The notes under the pieces were generated by a model. It saw nothing but the letters and a program-made list of their open reading frames with translations, had not been told where the DNA came from and ran no database searches. Below, piece after piece: positions 10,306 through 19,826 of a stretch of 64,000 bases of DNA (positions are counted from its first letter, which is position 1; each line of letters begins with the position of its first letter). The DNA is taken from the NCBI GenBank assembly GCA_015057705.1, contig SVDU01000016.1:849-64848 (forward strand). The letters run 5' to 3'. The DNA comes from Paenibacillaceae bacterium (GTDB taxonomy: Bacteria > Bacillota > Clostridia > Lachnospirales > Lachnospiraceae). The position numbers and the translations under genes are program-made.

Positions 10306-10650
10306 TCAAATTTTCTCAAAACGCTCTACATCTGTAACAAATATGGTAGCCCCGCCAAGTTCGACTGTCATGGGCATCATCATATATCCCGCCGAAACTG
10401 ACGCGATATTCGGTGCAGGAACGTTGCATGTAATTTTCTGGCGCTTTCCGCAGGTATCCTTGATCAGATTAATGACTTCTTCTACCTGTCCGTCATCAGT
10501 ACCGATCATTAATGTTGAGTTGCCTTTTTTTAAGAAACCGCCTGTTGTGGCAAGTTTTGTGACACTGAACTGGTGCTCATTCAGAACGTCGGTCACCCGG
10601 TTTCCATCATCGGAACTGACGATTGCATAAACAATTTTCATATCTAACAC
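10306..10650 (-). CDS. darA: PII-like cyclic-di-AMP receptor (DarA/PstA family)
   Basis: TKLATTGGFLKKGNSTLMIG and VELGGATIFVTDVERFEK motifs. Confidence 0.85.
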   Translation of the reverse strand: MLDMKIVYAIVSSDDGNRVTDVLNEHQFSVTKLATTGGFLKKGNSTLMIGTDDGQVEEVINLIKDTCGKRQKITCNVPAPNIASVSAGYMMMPMTVELGGATIFVTDVERFEKI

Positions 10651-10755
10651 CTCGCTGTCTTATTTGGCAAAACTTCATCCATTCAGATACCATTATTATA
10701 AATCATAATCTCCAAAATAGAAACAGCTAATCATAAAATAAATGCCAATTTTCTG

Positions 10756-11334
10756 TTAAATTTTCAGATTTTCCATCTTTTCTATCAGTTTTTTGTAAAT
10801 TCGTTCTTTCATCCAGGGCTCATTTACCGCTTCCAGACAATCGTTTAATGAAAACCAGCCCACTTTACTGTTCTCGTCTACTTTATTTCTGATTTCCTCC
10901 CTGTCATCTCCTTTCAGTAAATAAGTCACGTTCAGATGCAGATGGGAAGGTACGTATACCCCCTTCTTTTCGTGACCGTCTACGGTTAAGACTTCAAGAG
11001 AAAATATCTGGTCCATTACCGGTGTCACTGTTTTAATTCCCGTTTCTTCCCTGGCTTCTCTCATGGCAACAGACAAAAGATCCTTTACTCCGTCTGCGTG
11101 GCCACCGGTCCACGCCCATGAATGATAAATATTATGATATGCCATTAATACACGGTCCATGGTCTGGTTTACCACCCAGCCGGAAGCAGAGAGATGAGCT
11201 TCCTCATTTTCCCGAAAGAAAATCTGATCTCCTTCAGACAGGCATTTAAGAATCAGCTTTTTGTCCGCTTCCTCCTGTTTATTTATGGGCACAAATTCTT
11301 CCAGTTCTTTTTTTAACGTTCTTTCGTCCTTCAT
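10756..11334 (-). CDS. Nudix hydrolase
   Basis: GGHADG...AMREAREETG Nudix box. Confidence 0.85.
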   Translation of the reverse strand: MKDERTLKKELEEFVPINKQEEADKKLILKCLSEGDQIFFRENEEAHLSASGWVVNQTMDRVLMAYHNIYHSWAWTGGHADGVKDLLSVAMREAREETGIKTVTPVMDQIFSLEVLTVDGHEKKGVYVPSHLHLNVTYLLKGDDREEIRNKVDENSKVGWFSLNDCLEAVNEPWMKERIYKKLIEKMENLKI

Positions 11335-11429
11335 TCAACCACAGCCTCTCTTTTTCCTTTGATTATTTCAGTCATACTCTCTCTGTCTGTTGATATATTT
11401 AAATAGAACTACTCTATGGGAGGTAAGAA

Positions 11430-12023
11430 ATGGATCTTTCCGCACTTGTTTTTTCTGACAAATCCCCCTGGCCTGATGTTGAAATCGTAACGGCCAATGA
11501 ACTTTATGCCACAGCCATGCTTTCCAACATCGGTGCCTGTAATTCGGAAATGTCCGCAATCAGCTTATACGTTTACAACAGCATGATCACGAAACGGTAT
11601 TTTTACGATATCGCAGAATGTTTTCACAGAATCAGTGTAGTAGAAATGCACCATCTCAATATTTTCGGTGAGCTTTGTATCATGCTGGGAGCAGACCCAC
11701 GGCTTTGGAGCTGGCAAAACGGCCGCATGAAATACTGGACTCCTGCCTGCAACCGTTATCCCACCAATATCAGCGCTCTTGTAGCCAATTCCTTAAATGG
11801 AGAACTGGAGGCAATCAGAAAATACCAGCAGCAATGCCTGTGGATTAACGACTTCCGCATCAAAGCCATCTTAAACCGGATTATAGCAGATGAATTATGC
11901 CATGTACAGATTTTCCGCCTGATTCTTGCCGAACTAAACGATGATCCATTTGAACTGCCATACGAATACAGAGTCTGTGAGGAGGACCGCAAGAAACCCT
12001 GCGATCCCCCAAAACCTTGCTGA
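11430..12023 (+). CDS. Ferritin-like/Mn-catalase-rubrerythrin-like diiron protein
   Basis: SEMSAISLY, EMHH, ELEA, DELCH carboxylate/His pattern. Confidence 0.7.
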   Translation: MDLSALVFSDKSPWPDVEIVTANELYATAMLSNIGACNSEMSAISLYVYNSMITKRYFYDIAECFHRISVVEMHHLNIFGELCIMLGADPRLWSWQNGRMKYWTPACNRYPTNISALVANSLNGELEAIRKYQQQCLWINDFRIKAILNRIIADELCHVQIFRLILAELNDDPFELPYEYRVCEEDRKKPCDPPKPC

Positions 12024-12025
12024 AA

Positions 12026-13954
12026 TCATAACTTAGGGAGGGTCTCATCCGCAGCTTTTCGGATCTCCAGACCTTCCTGATATCCCTTTTCCATCTTGTG
12101 TCTTGCCTTTCTGTTTTCCACGGTATCAAACAGAATGGAAAAATCATAATCTTCCGGATACAGCTGTTCTGCCGAAACCAAAAGTTTCAGCCGCTTATGA
12201 TTAATCCAGATTTTTTTATCCGGCATCTGAACCCGTACTACACCTTTATCATTGACCGTAGTGCAGACAATTCCTATTTTCTTGTCAGGCAGAATCATCA
12301 CACTGTCTCCAAGGGTGAATTTTGTCTGCATTGCGATCTGATTCTCTGTAACTTTCTTTATTTTTTCAATTCTGGGACCGCCCGGTCTTTTCTCTACTTC
12401 CCCGTATTTGCCGTACTCCGGTTCTGTCTCCGGTAACCCGTAGGCATACTGCTCTGCCCGTTTGATCATACGCTCCGGCATTCCCAGTCTGCCTGCAATA
12501 TAAAGCGCACAGCTTTCTCCTGCTTCTCCGATTTCCAGTCTGTACAAGGGTCTTAAGGATTCCCGGTCAAATGCCATGCGTGCATTGGTAATTCCCTCCG
12601 CTTCTTTTGCATAGGTTTTTACTTCCGGATAATGGGTGGTGGCTAAAAACAGACACCCGCATCTTCTTAATTCCTCCAGTATGGAGATGGCGATTCCCAT
12701 ACCTTCTGCAGGATCTGTTCCGGAGCCCAGCTCATCCAGTATGACAAGGCTTTCCCTGTCCGCCTTACTAAGAATATCCAGTACATTTACAATGTGGGAG
12801 GAAAATGTGGATAAGTTTTCTGTAATATTCTGTCCGTCTCCGATGTCACAGAGTACCTGGTTAAACAGGCTGATCTGACCTTCTTTGCATGGGATATGAA
12901 GTCCGCACTGAGCCATGAGGGAGAACAGACCTACGGTCTTAATGGAGACGGTTTTGCCACCTGTATTTGGTCCAGTTATAACAATTCCTCTTCCGTTTTT
13001 CCCCAGTTCAAAGTTTAAAGGTACTACCTGTTCCGGATTCATAAACGGGTGGCGCCCCTCAATAATCCGTATGATTTGCTCTGTACAAATCTCCGGCTCC
13101 ACTCCCTTCATATCCGCACTGAGCTTTCCCTTTGCAAAAAGGAAATCCAGTTTTTCCAAGACCTTCCTATTCTCTGTGAGGACCGGCAGCTGCTCTTCTA
13201 CCTGAGCGGTAAGGGTATAAAGAATTCTCCTGGTTTCATTCTCCTCTTCAATTCTCAAACTCTCCAGCTCTCCATTTAACGCAGCGATGGCAGAGGGTTC
13301 TATAAATAGTGTGGAACCGGTGGAGGACTGGTCGATAACACTGCCAGGTACTGCCGGCTTATACTCCTTTTTCACCGGGAGACATACTTTGCCGTTTCTG
13401 ATGGTGATATACGAATCTGAAAAGAACTTTTTATTGGTTCTTAACATGGATTCCGCCTTTGTTCTCAGCTTCTCTTCCATTCGTACGATCTCCTGGCGGA
13501 CGTTTCTTAAATACTTGCTGGCTGAGTCATCCACCCGTTTGTTTCTGATGCTTTCAAACAGTTCCTTTGCCAGACTCTCCAGGGGATTTAAGTTTTCTTC
13601 ATAATAGGCGAGGCTCAGCTCTAAATATTTGCATCGGTTTAAGAAATCCTTATACCGTTTTACGCCTGTGAGCATAGTTCCCACTGATTCCAGATCCTCT
13701 GGCATCAGAATGCCCTCCTGCATCACTGATTGAAAAATAGCCGTCATACCGTTCATGGCTACTGCGGGAGGCTGACCCATTCGGTCCAGGATCATTCTTG
13801 CCTGTGTGGTATCCCGGAGATTCTTCCTTACTTCTGCTTCTTTTAACTCAGGAGTTAAATTCCTGATCCGTTCTTTCGCACCTTCTGTAAGTGCCATTTC
13901 TTCCAGTTTCTCTATAATCCGGTTAAATTCTAATATTTGAAATGTGTGATTCAT
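12026..13954 (-). CDS. MutS2-like ATPase lacking the long coiled coil and Smr nuclease domain
   Basis: MutS2-type N-terminus (TFQILEFNRIIEKL), GSTLFIEP, Walker A GPNTGGKT, DELGSGTDP, ATTHY; ends with a short KOW-like segment (FTLGDSVMILPDKKIGIV); 642 aa. Confidence 0.85.
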   Translation of the reverse strand: MNHTFQILEFNRIIEKLEEMALTEGAKERIRNLTPELKEAEVRKNLRDTTQARMILDRMGQPPAVAMNGMTAIFQSVMQEGILMPEDLESVGTMLTGVKRYKDFLNRCKYLELSLAYYEENLNPLESLAKELFESIRNKRVDDSASKYLRNVRQEIVRMEEKLRTKAESMLRTNKKFFSDSYITIRNGKVCLPVKKEYKPAVPGSVIDQSSTGSTLFIEPSAIAALNGELESLRIEEENETRRILYTLTAQVEEQLPVLTENRKVLEKLDFLFAKGKLSADMKGVEPEICTEQIIRIIEGRHPFMNPEQVVPLNFELGKNGRGIVITGPNTGGKTVSIKTVGLFSLMAQCGLHIPCKEGQISLFNQVLCDIGDGQNITENLSTFSSHIVNVLDILSKADRESLVILDELGSGTDPAEGMGIAISILEELRRCGCLFLATTHYPEVKTYAKEAEGITNARMAFDRESLRPLYRLEIGEAGESCALYIAGRLGMPERMIKRAEQYAYGLPETEPEYGKYGEVEKRPGGPRIEKIKKVTENQIAMQTKFTLGDSVMILPDKKIGIVCTTVNDKGVVRVQMPDKKIWINHKRLKLLVSAEQLYPEDYDFSILFDTVENRKARHKMEKGYQEGLEIRKAADETLPKL

Positions 13955-14028
13955 GTTATTCTCCTGTCTTATCTTTTTTAAATGATAAAAGATTCATGGA
14001 GCAATCAGTCAGGCCTGTTTTGATACAC

Positions 14029-14070
14029 AAAAAAGACCTGCAAGACTACAAATCCCAGTCTTACAGGTCT
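14029..14070 (-). terminator. Leader (attenuator) terminator upstream of the mutS2-like gene
   Basis: Minus strand AGACCTGTAAGACT-GGGATTTGT-AGTCTTGCAGGTCT followed by a T-run, ~75 nt before the start codon. Confidence 0.85.
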
Positions 14071-14182
14071 AAAAATCCTGTCAGTCAGTTTTGTATCTTC
14101 ATGGGCTAAACAGGTACACAAAACAAAGGAATGCAAAGACTGCCTTCCTGTCCGGGTTTCCTGTTCACATTATGATTCTGAT

Positions 14183-14212
14183 TTACGCTCCATGATTTGA
14201 CACAATTAACAT
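14183..14212 (-). CDS. Putative leader peptide (uORF) MLIVSNHGA
   Basis: ATG TTA ATT GTG TCA AAT CAT GGA GCG TAA with AGGAAG RBS-like sequence upstream, located between a sigma-A promoter and a terminator. Confidence 0.6.
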   Translation of the reverse strand: MLIVSNHGA

Positions 14213-14243
14213 AAACACACTTCCTACTTTCTTTGATGCTTTT

Positions 14244-14273
14244 ACTATATCACAAATGCTGTTGTCCGGTCAA
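14244..14273 (-). promoter_or_regulatory. Sigma-A promoter of the mutS2-like leader
   Basis: TTGACC-18 bp-TATAGT with extended -10 TG. Confidence 0.7.
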
Positions 14274-15296
14274 TCCCTTTTTCTGGTACCAACAGGCAAG
14301 CATATGAAGTTCCTTTTCATTTAAGCAGTTGACTAAAGTTCCATCTTTCATCCGGTTCAGACATTCCTCATAATCCATCCAGAGTACTGATTCCACTTCT
14401 TCCTTCTGAAGTACAAGCTGACGTTCATCCACCGTTTTTTCATAAACATAAACATGACTGATTTCATGATTACGAAACGTCCGTCCGTAAAATACAGCGT
14501 CTTCCTGTTCCTCATGAAGCCCTACAAAGGTAAGTTCTTCTGGAGTGGCATCAATTCCAAGTTCTTCTGACAGTTCTCTGACCGCCGATAAAAGAAAATC
14601 ATCACCTGCCGGAATATGTCCTGCAGAAGAAATATCATAACAGCCCGGATAGGCATCCTTGCCTGCGCTGCGTTTTTGTAAAAGCAGGTCAAATCCGCTT
14701 TTCTCATTGGGCCTTACGACCCACACGTGGGATGTTCCATGAAGCATACCGTCACGGTGCATCATAAAGCGGGCACGAACTTTTCCGGTAGTGCAGCCAT
14801 TCAAATCCCGTTCTTCTAGAAGCTCTAACGGTGATCCGTTTAATACAGCAGCCTCTAAACTATCTTTGCAATACTGCAGTTTCAGGGAGAAAAATGGAAT
14901 CTCATCCTTTAGCAGTTCAAAAAAGATCCGGTCTCCCTCCCATATGGGAAGGCTGTCAATTTTTTCAACCGGCACCCATTCAAGAACTCCCTCCTGACAA
15001 TCGGTAAGTGAACCTTCATAACCGTCAGCTGTATATAAAAACATATATTCATCAGGATACTGATCTGATACAAAGGTGATAAACCCTCTGAGTCGATAAG
15101 ACAGTAACGTCAGGCCGGTTTCTTCCTTTACTTCTCTTAAAAGACAGTCTTCCGGGCTTTCCCCTTCCTCCAGATGGCCTCCCACTCCCAGCCATTTATC
15201 CTGATTGATATCATTCTTCTTTTTAATGCGGTGAAGCATGAGATATTGTCCCTCTTTTTCGATGTAGCAAAGGGTCGTTAAGCTATGACGCTCCAT
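14250..15296 (-). CDS. Tandem two-domain Nudix hydrolase (MutT-like plus IDI-like)
   Basis: Two Nudix boxes: GGHLEEGESPEDCLLREVKEETGL and AGHIPAGDDFLLSAVRELSEELGI. Confidence 0.85.
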   Translation of the reverse strand: MERHSLTTLCYIEKEGQYLMLHRIKKKNDINQDKWLGVGGHLEEGESPEDCLLREVKEETGLTLLSYRLRGFITFVSDQYPDEYMFLYTADGYEGSLTDCQEGVLEWVPVEKIDSLPIWEGDRIFFELLKDEIPFFSLKLQYCKDSLEAAVLNGSPLELLEERDLNGCTTGKVRARFMMHRDGMLHGTSHVWVVRPNEKSGFDLLLQKRSAGKDAYPGCYDISSAGHIPAGDDFLLSAVRELSEELGIDATPEELTFVGLHEEQEDAVFYGRTFRNHEISHVYVYEKTVDERQLVLQKEEVESVLWMDYEECLNRMKDGTLVNCLNEKELHMLACWYQKKGLTGQQHL

Positions 15297-15308
15297 GTGG
15301 TTTTCTCC

Positions 15309-15704
15309 TTACTTCTTCTCTGTTAAAACTGCATTCTCATTGATGGAAGCAGCCGTCTCCGGTATCTCTTCCCCCGAATTGTGAACCTCCACCTGCACCA
15401 CGCAGTTGGTTTTCTTTCCATCGTAAATTACCGGAACCCGGTATGTACCTGCTTTATTCCAGTTACACTGGCTGACATCAAAGGTGAAGCCGGAAAGTTC
15501 GTAGTTTTCCTTATTAAAATACCGTTCTGCCTGCAAATCCGGCGCTGTTCCAAGAACGGTTTTTGCGTAATATGTAGTCATGGTATTGTGATCGAAGATC
15601 GGCTCTGCTCTACCCTTTAAGGTCTGGAACAATAAGACAAGAACCAATACTAAAACGATAGTCCCGAACAATGTTAAGTGTAAGTGAAATTTCCTTTGCT
15701 TCAT
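15309..15704 (-). CDS. Membrane-anchored hypothetical protein with small Ig-like domain
   Basis: N-terminal TM helix; DVSQCNWNKAGTYRVPVIY...VQVEV pattern. Confidence 0.6.
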   Translation of the reverse strand: MKQRKFHLHLTLFGTIVLVLVLVLLFQTLKGRAEPIFDHNTMTTYYAKTVLGTAPDLQAERYFNKENYELSGFTFDVSQCNWNKAGTYRVPVIYDGKKTNCVVQVEVHNSGEEIPETAASINENAVLTEKK

Positions 15705-15900
15705 CTAGGCCTCCATACTCATATCCATTTTTTACCTGCGACAGCCTTTAGGAAACCTTTGCTTCATGAAAAAAGCTGCGTTTAAGGCAGCACAGTCCTA
15801 TATTATCTTACCATATAATTTCCATCCTGACATCTATTGAATTATTACAATTTCATAAATTTATCGTAAAGAAGTTTTTTTTACGTCACTGTGTTGTGGC

Positions 15901-17880
15901 TTATAGCATCTCCTTATTAAATAACCTTCGATAAACAAAATATGTACAAATTCCAAAAGTTGCAAACATGATAAAATAAATTCCTACTGAAATTATCCCG
16001 CATTGAATAATAACAAATGGTTTTTCACGGAAATAATCATTATATCTTAATTGAAGTATTACTACCAGATAAAATGTTATTAAAAGGGGGATTATTGCTG
16101 GTAATAAGAAGTTTGTAATGCATTCTATTTTTAGTTCGTGTATCCAATCCTTCCATTGTACTCCCGTATAAGAAAGTAATCTAAAATCTAAAATATCTGT
16201 TTGAATATCGGAAAACTGCTCATATGCAATAACTGAACCAAGTAAAAGCAACAATGATAAACTAAAATATATCGCGCTAAATGTAACTAAAGTATACCCG
16301 CTTAAAGAGTTATTTTTACTCCATGCTTTGACAATTATACTTTTCTCAAAATGCTCTTTCCCATATTTTTGAATTACTGGATTAAGCTCTTTTATACCTG
16401 TATTCCAATTTTTTTCTATAAACTCATTGATTTCATTTTTCAGTTCAGATCGCACTTCTGAATTAGCGGTGGCAACCAGTCTTGTCTTATATGGTGTTAA
16501 AAAGGCTTTCATTTTGTCCGGCACTACAATTGCATAACCATTTTCACCCGCAGCTTGATATTGCTCTATTTCGTCAGTAAATATAAAATTTTCAGTTGTA
16601 TATAAATCAGTATTCCCTATTCGAATGCTCCCATTGCTTTCTATTATTTTTTTAATCTCCGGCACGGCTGAAAGGTCTTGAGAATTAATTAAAAACTGAT
16701 CTGGCTTTAACTTTTTTTCATCTAACTGAATTTGTTTTCTTAAAAAATTATAATCACTTAATAGCAGAATAGGAACTTCCTTTATATTATCTGAACAATA
16801 TAAATAGTAACTGTTGGATTCTTTTATATCTGCTTTCGATCGAATATAATCATCTAACTCATTCATACTCTCATTGGACATGGGCATTCCTACAGAAATC
16901 ACGAAATCATAGGGATAATAAGACTTAAAATTAACCTGATATAGTGTACCCATAGATATTGCTAACGCCAGTGTTCCGACGGATAAAAAAATCAATATAG
17001 CAGATACAACTGTTTTCCTCCAAGACTTATAGGAATTACGAATAACCTTACCCATAAAATAAAGATGAAGTTTTTTTGTTTTCCATGTTTTAGTCTTTCT
17101 ACACACGAAATTCACCAGACTCCAAAATGATTTGTAAAAGATAATAATTCCAAACAAATAAGAAAGGAATGTAACTATCAATAAAAAAACTATATAAGTA
17201 TCTCCCTTGGTATTTAGCAATAACCAAGAAGAAATACATCCCAAAGTAAGCAAAAATAAGGCAACTATTGAAATAGTAATTTGATTATCTTTTGCAGAAA
17301 CTACTTTTTTCTTAAATCCTTGATTTTGGTATTCCATTTCGCTACCTTTAACAACTGATAAAGATACTACCACTTGAATGAAATAGAACAGAAGAAAACA
17401 TATTGTAGTATACCATATGGCTTTACTAGACAATTCTATGGTATATTCTTGATTTAAATTAAATATTCTAAGTGCGAGATATGTAAGTGGTTTATTTAAC
17501 AGACTTCCCATTATAATCCCACATGCTAATGTCAAAATTGTAATAGCTAATTCTTCAGCGCCAAGCATTATCATTAAAGATTTTTGGCTCATACCCAATG
17601 TATGATAGACTCGAAATTCTAACATTCTCCTTTCCAGCATAAATTTGACTGTATATCGAACTACAAAGGAACCTATAAAAAAAACAGTTATAGTTATCCA
17701 CATTATTATACTAAAAAGCATAGACAAATTATCACTTAGCGAACATATTACATTTGACAGAGATAAATTAAAAAAAGCAAACTCCATTGTAGCCAAAGCA
17801 GTCAATGTAAAGAAAAATAATCCGTATTCTATCATACTTTTTTTAATATTTTTCAATCCAAGACTTATATAATTTACCAT
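15901..17880 (-). CDS. FtsX/BceB-like ABC transporter permease
   Basis: 659 aa, multiple TM helices with a large central extracytoplasmic loop; EFRVYHTLGMS motif. Confidence 0.8.
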   Translation of the reverse strand: MVNYISLGLKNIKKSMIEYGLFFFTLTALATMEFAFFNLSLSNVICSLSDNLSMLFSIIMWITITVFFIGSFVVRYTVKFMLERRMLEFRVYHTLGMSQKSLMIMLGAEELAITILTLACGIIMGSLLNKPLTYLALRIFNLNQEYTIELSSKAIWYTTICFLLFYFIQVVVSLSVVKGSEMEYQNQGFKKKVVSAKDNQITISIVALFLLTLGCISSWLLLNTKGDTYIVFLLIVTFLSYLFGIIIFYKSFWSLVNFVCRKTKTWKTKKLHLYFMGKVIRNSYKSWRKTVVSAILIFLSVGTLALAISMGTLYQVNFKSYYPYDFVISVGMPMSNESMNELDDYIRSKADIKESNSYYLYCSDNIKEVPILLLSDYNFLRKQIQLDEKKLKPDQFLINSQDLSAVPEIKKIIESNGSIRIGNTDLYTTENFIFTDEIEQYQAAGENGYAIVVPDKMKAFLTPYKTRLVATANSEVRSELKNEINEFIEKNWNTGIKELNPVIQKYGKEHFEKSIIVKAWSKNNSLSGYTLVTFSAIYFSLSLLLLLGSVIAYEQFSDIQTDILDFRLLSYTGVQWKDWIHELKIECITNFLLPAIIPLLITFYLVVILQLRYNDYFREKPFVIIQCGIISVGIYFIMFATFGICTYFVYRRLFNKEML

Positions 17881-17927
17881 TACATTATCCTTTCATCTGA
17901 ACGTTATACACATTGAATCAAATTTTG

Positions 17928-18662
17928 TTAATTAAAAGCCACAGTTTGAACAATACTATCTTTATAAGAATGCCCATTCTGCCTATTTATTTGCTCAATT
18001 ATTTTACCATCCTTCAGAAAAACAGTCCTCTTCGTATAAGAAGCAGCAATAATATTGTGCGTGGCCATAATAATCGTTGTTCCAAGATTATTATTCAATT
18101 CGTATATAAGTTCTAAAAATTTCTCGGAAGATTTGCTGTCCAAGGCTCCCGTCGGCTCATCTGCAAAGACTATCTGAGGCGAGTTTATCAATGCTCTTGC
18201 ACACGCACACCTCTGTTTTTGTCCACCTGAGATTTCTCCAGGATATTTATATAGAAGATCTCCAATTCCCAATTCACCTGCTAATTTCTCAACTTTGTCC
18301 CGTAACTCAGCTTTTCCAACATTACCGCTTATAATTAAAGGTAAGATCATATTTTCTTCTACAGTAAGATGCTCCAATAAATTATATTCCTGAAAAATAT
18401 ATCCTATATCATGGCGTCGAGTTTCCAGTAATGATTTTCTGTTTTTATAATTAATTTGATTACCGTCAATGATCAACTCACCTGAATCGATGGGAATAAA
18501 AGTTGCCAAACACTTTAAGAGAGTTGATTTACCGGAACCAGACTGTCCCATTACAGCTATAAAGTCGCCCTTTTCTACATTGAAATTAATACCATCTACG
18601 GCCTTAATAACACTTTCGCTATTATAATAATATTTTTTGATGTTGGCTGCTTTCAAGATCAT
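17928..18662 (-). CDS. ABC transporter ATP-binding protein (BceA/LolD-like)
   Basis: GQSGSGKS, ISGGQKQR, FADEPTGALD. Confidence 0.92.
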   Translation of the reverse strand: MILKAANIKKYYYNSESVIKAVDGINFNVEKGDFIAVMGQSGSGKSTLLKCLATFIPIDSGELIIDGNQINYKNRKSLLETRRHDIGYIFQEYNLLEHLTVEENMILPLIISGNVGKAELRDKVEKLAGELGIGDLLYKYPGEISGGQKQRCACARALINSPQIVFADEPTGALDSKSSEKFLELIYELNNNLGTTIIMATHNIIAASYTKRTVFLKDGKIIEQINRQNGHSYKDSIVQTVAFN

Positions 18663-18692
18663 AACCTACATCTCCTTCCTTGTCACCCTAAC

Positions 18693-19460
18693 TCATAAAT
18701 TATGTAAGTGAAAAAACTCTTCTCTTTGAGCATAAGGCATTGACAAATACTTTCGTAATATATAATCATATACCTCACGCATGACATGACATAATGCCGC
18801 ATCAGGTACTTCTATCACTTTGTTTTCCTGATAATTCTCATATGGGCAACCTCCCCCACATAGGACAACGGCCCAGCAATCTTGACACTGACTTTCACTT
18901 AATGAAAATTTTAGCTTCCCAGTTTTTTCTTCATTTATTCCTTGTTTCAAAGTACCTATCTGTGTTTCTTTATTTGAAACAAATCTGTGGCAAGGGTATA
19001 ATTCACCATGGATATCCACGGCCAGCATATTATTACCTGCACCACAGTGGCTATTTCTAATACCACCAACGTGGATTCTCTTCACTATATCATTTATATT
19101 TCTAATTTTCACTGCAATATTATATCTTTTTTCAGCAATACATTCAAAGTAATAATCGGCTATTTTATTCATCTGTTTCATAAAAATATTATAAGATTCA
19201 AGGTTCATCATATTTGCCGCTGGTGCAAAATGAATATAACAGAAATTCTCTTTTAAAAGTGATTTTAAATTTTCCAAGATATTATTGCAATTATTAATAC
19301 ATACTGTAGCTCTAGCAGAAATATGAACTCCATGCTCTGAAAAAAGTTTTATGCCATTAATCGTCTGTAAAAAACCACCCGAGCCATTTGCATAATATCT
19401 ATTCTTATTGTTAGCATTAGTTGTAATAGAGTATCTTACTTTTTTATCAATAATTATAAG
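18693..19460 (-). pseudogene. Truncated radical SAM/SPASM peptide maturase
   Basis: SPASM Cys pattern intact (HCGAG, YPCHRF, CQDC-x5-CGGGC, ALC). The frame extends upstream of the track start (...KKVRYSITTNA|NNKNRYYANGSG...) but skips the usual S(I/L)DG segment and has no CxxxCxxC motif or start codon. Confidence 0.75.
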
Positions 19461-19537
19461 CTTAGTAAATAGAAGATTATGAAGGATGTAATTTTTAAGG
19501 TTTATGATGTAACTTTTCCTCCTTAGTAAAACTATTT

Positions 19538-19577
19538 TACAAAAGAAAGGGGTACAAAAGAAAGGTTACAAAAGAAA
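19538..19577. repeat. Three direct repeats of TACAAAAGAAA
   Basis: Copies at 19538, 19553 and 19567, next to a TTGACA on the minus strand. Confidence 0.8.
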
Positions 19578-19826
19578 TGTCAATATATTTCGACTTTCCC
19601 GTTTTTCACTTGCTTTCTATGGTATAATCTCTGGTAACAGGATGATCTTGGCGCACAAAAATCAGACGTCACTTTTGGCTTACAAATTTTGTACTCCGAA
19701 ATTCACGTCTGCTGGTATCTGTTTTTTCGTTCCAGCCGGTGGCTTCATGTTCCGATTATCTTGCTACTTTTTCAATAGACCTGGTGTTAAATTGATGCTG
19801 TTGGCTCCAACCTCGTGGCCTTCTAA

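Noticed and set aside
15693-15830. Leader of the Ig-like gene (12-bp repeat ATGAAGCAAAGG) as a c-di-GMP or c-di-AMP riboswitch
   Set aside because: Lacks the GEMM and ydaO core motifs.
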